Source of the DNA: Patescibacteria group bacterium
Lineage (GTDB): Bacteria; Patescibacteriota; Minisyncoccia; UBA6257; UBA11618
DNA length: 35,338 bases
Assembly: GCA_043822345.1 (NCBI GenBank)
Contig: JBDRBW010000022.1
Location: 1 to 35,338, forward strand
Direction of reading: 5' to 3'
The position numbers and the translations under genes were made by a program. The notes beneath the pieces are model-generated. The model was not told the origin of the DNA, ran no database searches, and was given only the letters and a program-made list of their open reading frames with translations. Below are positions 18,430 through 27,072 of this stretch, piece after piece (positions within the stretch are counted from its first letter, which is position 1; each line of letters starts with the position of its first letter).

Positions 18430-18520
18430 GTCATTTCGAGCTTGTCGAGAAATCTCATCGTTCATATTTAATCAATGATTACGAGATCCCTCGACTTCGC
18501 TCTGCTTCGCTCGGGATGAC
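18430..18520. repeat. REP-like inverted doublet overlapping the dedA 3' end
   Basis: GTCATTTCGAGCTTGTCGAGAAATCTCAT ... GAGATCCCTCGAC...CTCGGGATGAC, supplying the C-terminus VSSRAKQSEVEGSRNH. Confidence 0.85.
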
Positions 18521-19143
18521 ACTCTTCGCCACCACCAAAAACCAATTACCGCCACAACCAACAAGGCCACCGTCCCCCACTTCTCCCAATACAATAACTG
18601 ATCGCCAATTAACTCATATGCCTCGCCCATCTGCCAACCAGCAAAGCCCAAAATCACCAACCGCACAAAAGCGCCGGTCAACGTTGCAAACCCAAACTTT
18701 CTCCAAGGAATACGCATCGCTCCCGCTACTACCGAAACCACCGTTATCGAACATATTGGCAAAGCGCGCAATAAAAATATCAGCCAGCCATCGGCATTTC
18801 TCTGGGCAAACCGTCCTTCAATTTTCTCTACCTCCTCCCAAGAAACGCCAAAATACTTGCCGTATTTCTGCAAAAAAAGCTTTCCCCCCCAGTAAAACAG
18901 CCCATAAATAAGAAAGGATCCTATCGCCACACCCAATGATCCCCAAAAAGCAATATGAATCAATATCAACAAAAAAGCCGCCTCCAAACTTGTTCCCGGA
19001 GCAACCATAAAAAAACCGGCCGCCAAAAAAACCAAGCTAGAAGGAATAGGAAAAAAAATTTCCTCTAAAATTCCCATCAAAAAAACCGCTAAACTGCCGT
19101 GGTTAATAATAAATTCTCTAGCTAAATCCAAACCATACTCCAT
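18472..19143 (-). CDS. DedA/VTT domain membrane protein
   Basis: ILEEIFFPIPS, GS.LIY..FYWGG, FLLRALP and AGAMRIPWRKF motifs. Confidence 0.85.
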   Translation of the reverse strand: MEYGLDLAREFIINHGSLAVFLMGILEEIFFPIPSSLVFLAAGFFMVAPGTSLEAAFLLILIHIAFWGSLGVAIGSFLIYGLFYWGGKLFLQKYGKYFGVSWEEVEKIEGRFAQRNADGWLIFLLRALPICSITVVSVVAGAMRIPWRKFGFATLTGAFVRLVILGFAGWQMGEAYELIGDQLLYWEKWGTVALLVVAVIGFWWWRRVSSRAKQSEVEGSRNH

Positions 19144-19147
19144 TTAT

Positions 19148-19822
19148 CTAGCTTAACACTTTCTCCGCCCCCTTTAAATCCTCTATGGAAGCAATCGGGT
19201 ACCACAACCTCGCCCGCTCAACGGCCACCGGATGTTCCTGCGCCATTAAATGCAACATCGTTGGTAAATGATATTCGCCATTGGCCGCCGCTTTGGCTTT
19301 ATAATTAAAAATACGCTTATCCAGCATCATTACGCCCGTGCTTACCAAACAAGAAGTTGGCTTTTCTGGTTTTTCTATAATTTCACCGACACTACCATTC
19401 TCTCGCAAAGAAATAACCGCGAATCTTCTCGGATCTTCCCGCTCATCTGTTAGTAGACACAAATCGTGTTTTAAACAAGAAGCGAAGTCCTCTGCTCCAT
19501 GCAAATCATCAGCGCAAAGCACAAAAAATCTTTCGTCTCCCAGATAATCCTTGCACAACTCCAAAGCGTGGCCGGTGCCCAATTGTTCTTTTTGCTCAAC
19601 ATAAACCACTTTCCGCCCACAAAACTCTTCGCCACAATATGCCCTAATCTGTTCCTGCAGATAACCAACCACTAAAATCAACTCATCCACCTCCTTGGGT
19701 AACTTTTCAACAATATGCCTAATCAACGGCTTACCGGCCACTTTAATTAACGGCTTTGGTTTTACTAAAGACAGCGGCATCATACGGCTTCCCCGCCCCG
19801 CCGCCAAAATTACTGCTTTCAT
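19148..19822 (-). CDS. Sugar-phosphate nucleotidyltransferase (GlmU/RmlA-like NTP transferase)
   Basis: MKAVILAAGRGSRM..L...KPKPLI.VAGKP and QKEQLGTGHAL. Start set at ATG 19822. Confidence 0.9.
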   Translation of the reverse strand: MKAVILAAGRGSRMMPLSLVKPKPLIKVAGKPLIRHIVEKLPKEVDELILVVGYLQEQIRAYCGEEFCGRKVVYVEQKEQLGTGHALELCKDYLGDERFFVLCADDLHGAEDFASCLKHDLCLLTDEREDPRRFAVISLRENGSVGEIIEKPEKPTSCLVSTGVMMLDKRIFNYKAKAAANGEYHLPTMLHLMAQEHPVAVERARLWYPIASIEDLKGAEKVLS

Positions 19823-19844
19823 CACCTCCAATATATCACATTCA

Positions 19845-22439
19845 TTACCACTTTGCCATGCTTTTACGAAAAATTTTTCTTATTTCTTCCGCAAAAATTA
19901 TCAATAAAGCTGCGCTAAACACTACTCCCCAGTCCGCCCCAGCCAACGGCACCGTTCTTAAAATAGCTTGTAATGGCGCCCAATAAATAACTAAAAGCTG
20001 TAACACAATTACTATCCCCGTTGCCGCCATCAATGGTTTGTTTTCTAGGGGATTCATTTGAAAAATGGACTTGGTTTCCGAACGAACATTCCACGCGTTA
20101 AACCACTGCATCATTGCTAGGGTAGTCAAAGTAACCGTCAACGCTTTAGGTAAATTATCTTCAAAATAAAAACTAAATACCAACAAGCCGGCCACCATCA
20201 TCGCCAACGCCATAACAATCGTCCTTTCAATCATTAGTCCATCAATAATAAATTTGCTACGTTTATTTTCTCTGTCTTCCAATAATTTTTTATCTTTTGG
20301 TTCCCAAGCAAAAGGAACATCTAAAAATCCATCTGTCACCAAATTCAACCAAATAATTTGCGTCGGCAATAACAATAACGGCCAGCCCATAAAAATAGAG
20401 CCGGTAATTGCCAAAATTTCTCCCATACTAGTAGAAAAGAGAAAAAGGATTGTCTTTTTTATCGTCTGGTAGACGTGGCGGCCCTCTTCTATTGCCGGCA
20501 CCAACGTCCCAAAATTATCATCAAGCAGTACAATATCTGACGCCTCTTGAGCGACAGAGGTGCCAATCTTTCCCATCGCCACCCCCAAGTCAGCCGCCAC
20601 CAACGATGGGGCATCGTTAACGCCGTCACCCGTCATCGCCACCAATTCCCCACGCCGCTGGTAAGCCCTGATAATCCTCATCTTATTTTTCGGCGAAATT
20701 CTGGCAAACACCGTCACTCTTCCAATTTCCTTTTCTAACCGCTTGTCGCTAAGGCGATCTAAGTCGCTATCGGTAAGCACTCCGTCTTTTTCCCGAAAAA
20801 TACCCGCTTGTTTGGCAATCGCTATCGCTGTCGGCTCATAATCGCCGGTAATCATTACCGGCTTCATCCCCGCCCGACGAACCATTTTAACCGCATCAAC
20901 AACTCCCTCTCTTACCGGATCCTCCATCGCGAAAAACCCTCCAAAAACCAAATCTGTTGGAATTCTTTTTTTATAATCAAATTCGGAATAAGCAAAACCA
21001 AAAGCCAATACCCTCAACCCATCATTTGATAATTTACGCAATGCATTCTCTGCTTCTTTGTAATTTTTTTTACTAAAACTATCTACTTTGCTGTTCAACC
21101 AGATTTTTTTACAAAGCAATAAAATAGCTTCCGGCGCCCCTACAACAGTTGTTAGCTTTTTCCCATCAACTTTATTAAAAGTAACGTGATATTTTGTTTT
21201 TCGATTAAAAGGAATATCGCCAATTAAGGGATTTTTTGCTAATAATTCTTTTTTAACAAAACCCATTTTTTTAGCAAATTCAAAAATAGCTACTTCAGTT
21301 GGATCACCAATCGCTATTTTCGAACTTCTCTTTATGGTGGTAGAAAAAGCGGCTAATTCGCCAGCTAATTTAAGCTCTTCTTTCGCATCCACATCAAAAA
21401 CTTTTCTGTTGGTATAAATCTTTTTAATCGTCATCTTATTTTCGGTAATCGTCCCCGTCTTATCCAAAGCCATAATCTTTGTTTCGCCCAACGCCTCTAC
21501 CGCCTGCAACCTTTTTACCAAAGCATTTTTCTTGGCCATTCTCGTTATCCCCAAAGCCAAAATTAAAGTGCTGACGATTGGCAGTCCTTCCGGAATAACC
21601 GAAACCGCCAAAGAAACTGCCGTTAAAAACATTGTCGTTAAGTCACCGGCATTGAGGATTAATCCCGAAAATATTAAAAAAACACTAACGACTCCCACTA
21701 ACGCCATTATTAAATAAGAAAAGTTGCGCAAACTAGCCTGAAAAGGAACTTCTACTTCAATGTTGGCGATTAATGTGCCAATCTTACCAATTTCGGTTTT
21801 TAACCCCGTCGCCACCACCACCGCTGTCCCCGCCCCGCTCAACACGCTCGTGCCTTTAAAAATCATATTTTTCTGCTCTACAATTGGCGGTTTCTTTTTC
21901 TTTGATGATTGTATAGTTTTAATTACCGGATTTGATTCCCCGGTCAATGCCGCCTGATTAATCATTAAATTATTCGCTTCAATCAAAAAGCAATCCGCTG
22001 GCACTTTATCGCCTTCCCTAAGCTCAATAACATCTCCAGGAACTAATTTATTATCCAGTATTATTACCTCGTTTTTGTTTCTAATAACTGAAACAAAAGT
22101 TTCCACAAAATCCTTCAATGCCGCTAGCGCGGTCCTCGCCTTGCCCTCTTGAATGGTGCCTACAATCGCATTAAAACAAAGCACAAACAAAATCACATAG
22201 CCATCAACGTATTCTCCCAACAAAAAAACCACCACTGTTGCCCCTAAAAGAATATAAATTAGCGGGTTCTTAAATTGCCGCCAAAAAATAACCGGCCAAC
22301 TGTCAATTTTTTGTTCCGGCAACTCATTGGGTCCGTATGATTCTAATCTTTTTTCCGCCTCCCTATCAGTTAGCCCTTGTTCTGACGTATTTAGTTCCCG
22401 AAAAACTTCTTTTGCTGATAATTTGCACCAAGTTACCAT
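19845..22439 (-). CDS. Cation-transporting P-type ATPase (P2A, Ca2+-type-like)
   Basis: TGES, IPEGL, DKTGT, DPTE, MITGD, TGDGVNDAP and WLNLVTD. Confidence 0.93.
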   Translation of the reverse strand: MVTWCKLSAKEVFRELNTSEQGLTDREAEKRLESYGPNELPEQKIDSWPVIFWRQFKNPLIYILLGATVVVFLLGEYVDGYVILFVLCFNAIVGTIQEGKARTALAALKDFVETFVSVIRNKNEVIILDNKLVPGDVIELREGDKVPADCFLIEANNLMINQAALTGESNPVIKTIQSSKKKKPPIVEQKNMIFKGTSVLSGAGTAVVVATGLKTEIGKIGTLIANIEVEVPFQASLRNFSYLIMALVGVVSVFLIFSGLILNAGDLTTMFLTAVSLAVSVIPEGLPIVSTLILALGITRMAKKNALVKRLQAVEALGETKIMALDKTGTITENKMTIKKIYTNRKVFDVDAKEELKLAGELAAFSTTIKRSSKIAIGDPTEVAIFEFAKKMGFVKKELLAKNPLIGDIPFNRKTKYHVTFNKVDGKKLTTVVGAPEAILLLCKKIWLNSKVDSFSKKNYKEAENALRKLSNDGLRVLAFGFAYSEFDYKKRIPTDLVFGGFFAMEDPVREGVVDAVKMVRRAGMKPVMITGDYEPTAIAIAKQAGIFREKDGVLTDSDLDRLSDKRLEKEIGRVTVFARISPKNKMRIIRAYQRRGELVAMTGDGVNDAPSLVAADLGVAMGKIGTSVAQEASDIVLLDDNFGTLVPAIEEGRHVYQTIKKTILFLFSTSMGEILAITGSIFMGWPLLLLPTQIIWLNLVTDGFLDVPFAWEPKDKKLLEDRENKRSKFIIDGLMIERTIVMALAMMVAGLLVFSFYFEDNLPKALTVTLTTLAMMQWFNAWNVRSETKSIFQMNPLENKPLMAATGIVIVLQLLVIYWAPLQAILRTVPLAGADWGVVFSAALLIIFAEEIRKIFRKSMAKW

Positions 22440-22465
22440 TATACTTAAATTTTAACATATAAGAG

Positions 22466-22537
22466 GGTGCCTGATGGGGATCGAACCCACGTAGCCGCTG
22501 CCACAGAGCGGTGCTCTACCATTGAGCTACAGGCACC
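22466..22537 (-). tRNA. tRNA-His(GTG)
   Basis: Cloverleaf with anticodon arm CCGCT-CTGTGGC-AGCGG, G-1:C73 pair and GTTCGAT T-loop. CCA not encoded. Confidence 0.93.
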
Positions 22538-22540
22538 ATG

Positions 22541-22612
22541 TGCCGCGAGGGTGAATCGAACACCCGACGCTTTGCTCTTCAAGCAAACGCTCTACCACTG
22601 AGCTATCGCGGC
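22541..22612 (-). tRNA. tRNA-Phe(GAA)
   Basis: GCCGCGA acceptor stem and anticodon arm TTTGC-TTGAAGA-GCAAA. CCA not encoded. Confidence 0.93.
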
Positions 22613-22623
22613 TTACAAGCTCT

Positions 22624-22652
22624 ATTATACTACTTTAACACTCCTAGGTCAA
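22624..22652 (-). promoter_or_regulatory. Sigma70 promoter of tRNA-Phe/His
   Basis: TTGACC-17 nt-TATAAT, 11 nt before tRNA-Phe. Confidence 0.7.
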
Positions 22653-22680
22653 TAAAAATACCAACAACACAAATAAAAAT

Positions 22681-22854
22681 AAAAAGACACCGTAAGGTTG
22701 TTTTGAAAAATGTTTCGGAAATCGCTTGAGCTTGGTGTCCCGCCTACTTTTAAAATTAAACGATGGCGGGACTCAAGCGATTGAGAACAAGAAGCGGCTC
22801 ACCGCTGGAGTGAGCCGACTTCGGTTTTTCAAAACAATCTTACAGTGTCTTTTT
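22681..22854. repeat. Structured multi-stem element, copy D
   Basis: 30 bp arms AAAAAGACACCGTAAGGTTGTTTTGAAAAA / TTTTTCAAAACAATCTTACAGTGTCTTTTT. Core TGTTTCGGA...CTTGGT...GAGAACAAG...CGCTGGA. Confidence 0.85.
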
Positions 22855-22859
22855 TTTAC

Positions 22860-22934
22860 CTACATCATCAACCACCAATACCCCAACGCCACAACCACAA
22901 CAGCCCCAATAACCCACCACCAAACTTTATTCAT
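22860..22934 (-). CDS. Putative 24 aa single-TM microprotein
   Basis: Hand translation MNKVWWWVIGAVVVVALGYWWLMM*. TGCTATAAT lies upstream at 22983-22991. Confidence 0.45.
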   Translation of the reverse strand: MNKVWWWVIGAVVVVALGYWWLMM

Positions 22935-23020
22935 GGTAAATTTGATTTCTTATTAATTTACTCGCGACTGTTTAATCATTTAATTATAGCACACTCACAC
23001 CCCCGCCAAGCTGTGTAAAA

Positions 23021-23266
23021 CTATTTACTTGCTTTGTAAGTTGTCTCGTTCCGTCGTTCGATAGCCAAAATAAATATTTGATTGTTAATTTTTCTGTAAA
23101 TAATTCTCAAATTGCCTTTTCGAACACGAAAAATATCCTCCCTATCTATTAATTTCTTGATATCTAAGCCATTTAAATTATCTGAAGATAATTTTTTAAA
23201 TATTTCCTTTGCAAACTCTCTCTCCTTAACAGAAAGTTTTTTGAGAGCTTTTCCAATTCTATCCAT
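23021..23266 (-). CDS. RelE/ParE family toxin
   Basis: KALKKL...DIKKL....IFRVRKGNLRIIY...ILAIERR..TY pattern, downstream of an antitoxin. Confidence 0.8.
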   Translation of the reverse strand: MDRIGKALKKLSVKEREFAKEIFKKLSSDNLNGLDIKKLIDREDIFRVRKGNLRIIYRKINNQIFILAIERRNETTYKASK

Positions 23267-23269
23267 AAA

Positions 23270-23485
23270 TTAAAGTCGAGAGAGTAAACTCTCAATAGCA
23301 ATACCACCCTTCTTAATTGTGGTAAAATCAACAACTGTTTCCCAGCTATCTTCTTTGATGGGAGATGAAATTTTAAAGATTGGCCGAGAACGACGCAAAA
23401 CAATAAAAGAATCTCCTCTTTCGACACGAGAAATATACCTATCAGTATTCTCTCTTAATTCTTTTAATCCGATAATTTTATTCAT
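23270..23485 (-). CDS. Phd/YefM family antitoxin
   Basis: IIGLKELRENTDRYISRVERGDSFIVLRRSRPIFKI. Confidence 0.85.
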   Translation of the reverse strand: MNKIIGLKELRENTDRYISRVERGDSFIVLRRSRPIFKISSPIKEDSWETVVDFTTIKKGGIAIESLLSRL

Positions 23486-23491
23486 AATCAA

Positions 23492-23520
23492 AGCTTATCT
23501 TAAGATAAACTTTTTGTCAA
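23492..23520 (-). promoter_or_regulatory. TA promoter with palindromic operator
   Basis: TTGACA-17-TAAGCT-6 nt-ATG. The perfect palindrome TTATCTTAAGATAA (23495-23508) overlaps the spacer and -10. Confidence 0.7.
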
Positions 23521-23531
23521 TAAATAATTTA

Positions 23532-23711
23532 TGTACCCCCTGAAGGAAACATTATTGAATCCCCAGGGCGAACTAATGCAAAAGCGATGCCTAAATTAAT
23601 GACGGATTATTTTTTAATCGCTTTTGCGTCCGCCCGTTCGATTCCTACCTCGGCAATTCAATTAAAAATAGACCCGACTGGGTCTATTTTTAATTGTACC
23701 CCCTGAAGGAA
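23532..23711. repeat. 17 bp direct repeat of the tRNA-Arg 3' end (att-like) enclosing a structured segment
   Basis: TGTACCCCCTGAAGGAA at 23532-23548 and 23695-23711. Confidence 0.8.
23659..23696 (-). terminator. Intrinsic terminator after tRNA-Pro/Arg
   Basis: Perfect hairpin CAATTAAAAATAGACCC-GACT-GGGTCTATTTTTAATTG. Confidence 0.7.
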
Positions 23712-23768
23712 TCGAACCCTCATCGACGGGATAGAAGCCCGTTGCTTTGTCCATTAAGCTAAGGGGGC
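23697..23768 (-). tRNA. tRNA-Arg(TCT)
   Basis: GCCCCCT acceptor stem and anticodon arm ACGGG-CTTCTAT-CCCGT. Confidence 0.92.
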
Positions 23769-23842
23769 TGGTCGGAGCACCCAGAATCGAACTGGGACCA
23801 GATCTTCCCAAAAGACCCGTGCTACCACTACACCATGCTCCG
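23769..23842 (-). tRNA. tRNA-Pro(TGG)
   Basis: CGGAGCA acceptor stem, anticodon arm GGTCT-TTTGGGA-AGATC and encoded CCA. Promoter TTGATT-17-TATAAT at 23853-23881. Confidence 0.92.
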
Positions 23843-23930
23843 TATAACCACTATTATACCCCGAAACCACCAAAAAATCAAAAAAAATGTCCGCCAAATT
23901 GACGGTCGTCAACTTAGTGGACAAATAGTT

Positions 23931-24602
23931 CTAGTTTCCAGCCTCTAGCAAGATTTTCACCGTATTACTACAACCAATGCGATTGGCGCCGGCTTCAATC
24001 ATCGTCACGGCAGTAGCGTAATCTTTAATGCCACCGGCGGCTTTGACGCCCAATTCCAGACCAACAGTCCGCCTCATTAGCGCGACATCATAAATCTTCG
24101 CCCCGCCAGAAGCAAAACCGGTAGATGTCTTCACAAAATCCACGCCGGTACTCTTGGCAATCTTACAGGCATTAACAATCTCATCATGATCCAAATAACA
24201 CGTCTCCAAAATCACCTTTACCACCCGATCTCCCGCCAACTGCTTCAAACTCCACCACTCGTTCTCAATAAATTGATAATTACCGCTCTTAAACTGGCCG
24301 ATGTTCATCACTACATCCAACTCTTTAGCGCCATCACGCAAGGCCTCAGTCGCCTCAAGTTGTTTAGCATAAGTAGAGCTAGCGCCCAAAGGAAAGCCAA
24401 TCGTCGCGCAAACTGCGATGTCAATTCGTCCAAGATGTCGCTGTAATCGCTTGGCGGCATATCTTACCCAGCCGGAATTAACGCAAACCGCGTGAGTATT
24501 CCACTCCGCCGCTTCTTCACACAAAAAGGCGATATCCTGCTCGGTGGCATTCGGCTTCAAATTGGTATGGTCAATCATACTGGCTAATTCGGCTCGCTGC
24601 AT
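23931..24602 (-). CDS. deoC: Deoxyribose-phosphate aldolase
   Basis: IDHTNLKP, IGFPLGA, KVILET, VKTSTGF and VKAAGGI. Confidence 0.96.
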   Translation of the reverse strand: MQRAELASMIDHTNLKPNATEQDIAFLCEEAAEWNTHAVCVNSGWVRYAAKRLQRHLGRIDIAVCATIGFPLGASSTYAKQLEATEALRDGAKELDVVMNIGQFKSGNYQFIENEWWSLKQLAGDRVVKVILETCYLDHDEIVNACKIAKSTGVDFVKTSTGFASGGAKIYDVALMRRTVGLELGVKAAGGIKDYATAVTMIEAGANRIGCSNTVKILLEAGN

Positions 24603-24700
24603 TTTTAATCTCCTTTTATGGGACTCTGATTGGAACTGATAAAAAACTTCTCACACTCTAACATATTGAAAATAAAAATGCAAACGATTACACTAAAGCT

Positions 24701-24991
24701 ATGCGATTGATATTAAAAAACTTCACTCAAAATCCCATAGTTTTTATGAGGAATTGTGGCTATGCTTTTGAAAGAAATGTCGGTAAAGAGCAAAGCTTTG
24801 TCCGCCGCATTACCGGCCAGAACTTCCCCCGCTATCATACCTACGTCCGCCAAAGTGGCGCCGATTTGGAAATAAACCTCCACATTGACCAGAAAAAGCC
24901 ATCATACGGCGCCGGCCATGCTCATGGCGGCGACTACGAAGGAGAGCTAGTAGAAAGAGAGCTTGAAAGAATTAAGAGTTTTGTACAATAA
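24701..24991 (+). CDS. Hypothetical protein
   Basis: 96 aa (FPRYHTY...NLHIDQKKPSY...HGGDYEG). TTGAAA-17-TACACT-6-ATG upstream and a terminator downstream. Confidence 0.75.
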   Translation: MRLILKNFTQNPIVFMRNCGYAFERNVGKEQSFVRRITGQNFPRYHTYVRQSGADLEINLHIDQKKPSYGAGHAHGGDYEGELVERELERIKSFVQ

Positions 24992-24994
24992 AAC

Positions 24995-25039
24995 AAAAAC
25001 AGCCGAACACTCAGAGTGCTGAATGCTCGGCTGTTTTTT
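24995..25039. terminator. Bidirectional intrinsic terminator
   Basis: AAAAACAGCCGA...TCGGCTGTTTTTT between convergent genes. Confidence 0.7.
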
Positions 25040-25083
25040 AAAATCTAATGAATTTCTAAAAATTTATTGGGTAGTTACTGGAA

Positions 25084-26943
25084 CTACGAGGGTGTGTTTG
25101 GACAACCAACCATTCCCATAACATCGATAAAACTCTGACAATCAGACGGAGGACTGTTTGGTGGTGGATTATACGGATTCCTACAACTATTGTATGCAAG
25201 AAACATATCAGAGCAATAATAATAATCATTCGTAGAAGCAATGCAATTAGGTTCCCATGTACACACTAAAGAATCTGCCGACTGATAAGCACCACAACTT
25301 CTCTCGCCAAGCGATGCGCATATATTCCTAATAATTGAAGGTTGCCCAGGTTTTGCTTTGCAACAACCGGTTCTTTCTGGGGGTGTGTTTGAACAACCAA
25401 CCATATCTATAGCATCTTTATAAAGCTGACAATCACGTGGAAGACCCATTGGTGGTGGATCATCACCAATATACCTACAATCACTGTAGGCATTAAGCAT
25501 TCCTTGGCAATAGGGCGTAGGATCGCCGGTTTCATAAACAGGACAACTAGGCAACCAAGGAGTAATAATACCTCCTGCCTTCTTACAAGAGTTTTCTTTT
25601 ATATCGTGCATGTATATACCTTTATACAAACAGCATACTTCTTTAACTTCACCTCCATTTCCTGTCCCTGTTCCTGTGCCACTAGCAGGACTACAAATTC
25701 CTCGTAGTTCCCCATTTATGCCCAAATATGTATTAAAAATACATAAACCTGGAGGAGCTTGGTCGCATGAAGCTTTTTGCTCTTTAATTGTTGATCCAGA
25801 ATTATAACCCGTTTCAGGATCATTACAAGCATTCTTCTCCATTATTAATCCTCCACCTCCTCCGCCACCACCGCTACCCGTCCCTACCGGACTAGAACAA
25901 GAATACGCCGCCAGAGAACTATCTGTAACCCCCCATCCTACTATGCCAGGAAGAATGCTAGAACAAATACCGGTTACTACCTCACCCCCTACCGCAAACG
26001 GATCATCTAAAAAGAGATCGGAAAAAAGATCCGACCAATCTCCATCGTCACCAAAAATCTCCGCGCAGATATCACAAGTACCGGTGAGCGCGCAGTCACC
26101 AACCGGGCAAGTGCCAGTGAGCGCGCAGTCGTTAATAAACGGCACCCACTGGCAATGGTTGCCACAAACCGCCTCCGCTGTGCCATCGTCATTAAACAGA
26201 ATATCTCCGGGAGGGTCGCATTCTTCACCAGGACCAACACCGTAGTCACCACAACTACCACCGACATAAAAACACTCTCCACATCGATCGTCACCGGTTT
26301 CCGCACAATCAAAACCTATTCCACATCCATGAGGAACGGCGGAAGAATCACAATTCTCGCCCAAATCATTGACACCGTTGCCGCAAGTTGATGAAGGCGG
26401 AGTTACTGGCGGAATTACTGGCGGAGTCGTGCCGCCACAACCACAAGAGGGCGCACTGCCTCCTGGAAATTCTAGAGAACCAGGTGGATAACCCCAACTA
26501 ACAACACAGCCATAGATGGCATTTGCCGCCTCACAAGCCCCCACATCCGACCCAAAAGCCACGCAAAATGTCATATCACAACCACCGCCGCCACAATAAG
26601 TGCTTAGCAAAGGAACATAACCCCCGGTGGGATTAAAACTACAACAAAGCGGATATTCAGCCGCTTCACAGGCCGCTGAATCAGGATAGACCGGCGGCGG
26701 AATCCCACCTCGACACCCTTCATAATTATCCCAATAACAAACACCTGAAGGGTCGTTATGACAAGCTTCATCATTTGTATACTGCGCACAATTCGCCACT
26801 GGTACCTGCGCCCCCACCTGAACACCAACATCGGTACCGGCCACAAACCATATAATTAATCCGACCATAATAACGGCAAAGACGACCCAAAATAAAGTTT
26901 GGTTTGTCGACATGCCATTGCAACATGTTTTTTTCTTTTTCAT
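25084..26943 (-). CDS. Membrane-anchored Cys/Gly/Pro-rich surface protein
   Basis: 619 aa with an N-terminal TM helix, CGNGVNDLGENCD and CGDYGVGPGEECD repeats, and a duplicated C-terminal Cys module. Confidence 0.8.
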   Translation of the reverse strand: MKKKKTCCNGMSTNQTLFWVVFAVIMVGLIIWFVAGTDVGVQVGAQVPVANCAQYTNDEACHNDPSGVCYWDNYEGCRGGIPPPVYPDSAACEAAEYPLCCSFNPTGGYVPLLSTYCGGGGCDMTFCVAFGSDVGACEAANAIYGCVVSWGYPPGSLEFPGGSAPSCGCGGTTPPVIPPVTPPSSTCGNGVNDLGENCDSSAVPHGCGIGFDCAETGDDRCGECFYVGGSCGDYGVGPGEECDPPGDILFNDDGTAEAVCGNHCQWVPFINDCALTGTCPVGDCALTGTCDICAEIFGDDGDWSDLFSDLFLDDPFAVGGEVVTGICSSILPGIVGWGVTDSSLAAYSCSSPVGTGSGGGGGGGGLIMEKNACNDPETGYNSGSTIKEQKASCDQAPPGLCIFNTYLGINGELRGICSPASGTGTGTGNGGEVKEVCCLYKGIYMHDIKENSCKKAGGIITPWLPSCPVYETGDPTPYCQGMLNAYSDCRYIGDDPPPMGLPRDCQLYKDAIDMVGCSNTPPERTGCCKAKPGQPSIIRNICASLGERSCGAYQSADSLVCTWEPNCIASTNDYYYCSDMFLAYNSCRNPYNPPPNSPPSDCQSFIDVMGMVGCPNTPS

Positions 26944-27072
26944 AAGTTAATTTTAGCAGATATAAAATTAATGCAATAGTGCAAAACTGTGGATAAGTTT
27001 ACGTGAATTTCGAAAGCCAAATTTTGAATTTCGAATAAATTTTGAATTATCTTAATTTCGAAACATTTTTTT

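Noticed and set aside
22538-22729. 63 aa ORF (also 28032-28298)
   Set aside because: Antisense to tRNA genes.
23021-23711. Prophage or integrative island at tRNA-Arg
   Set aside because: No integrase or phage genes are present, the att-like repeats enclose only 146 bp, and the TA pair lies outside them.
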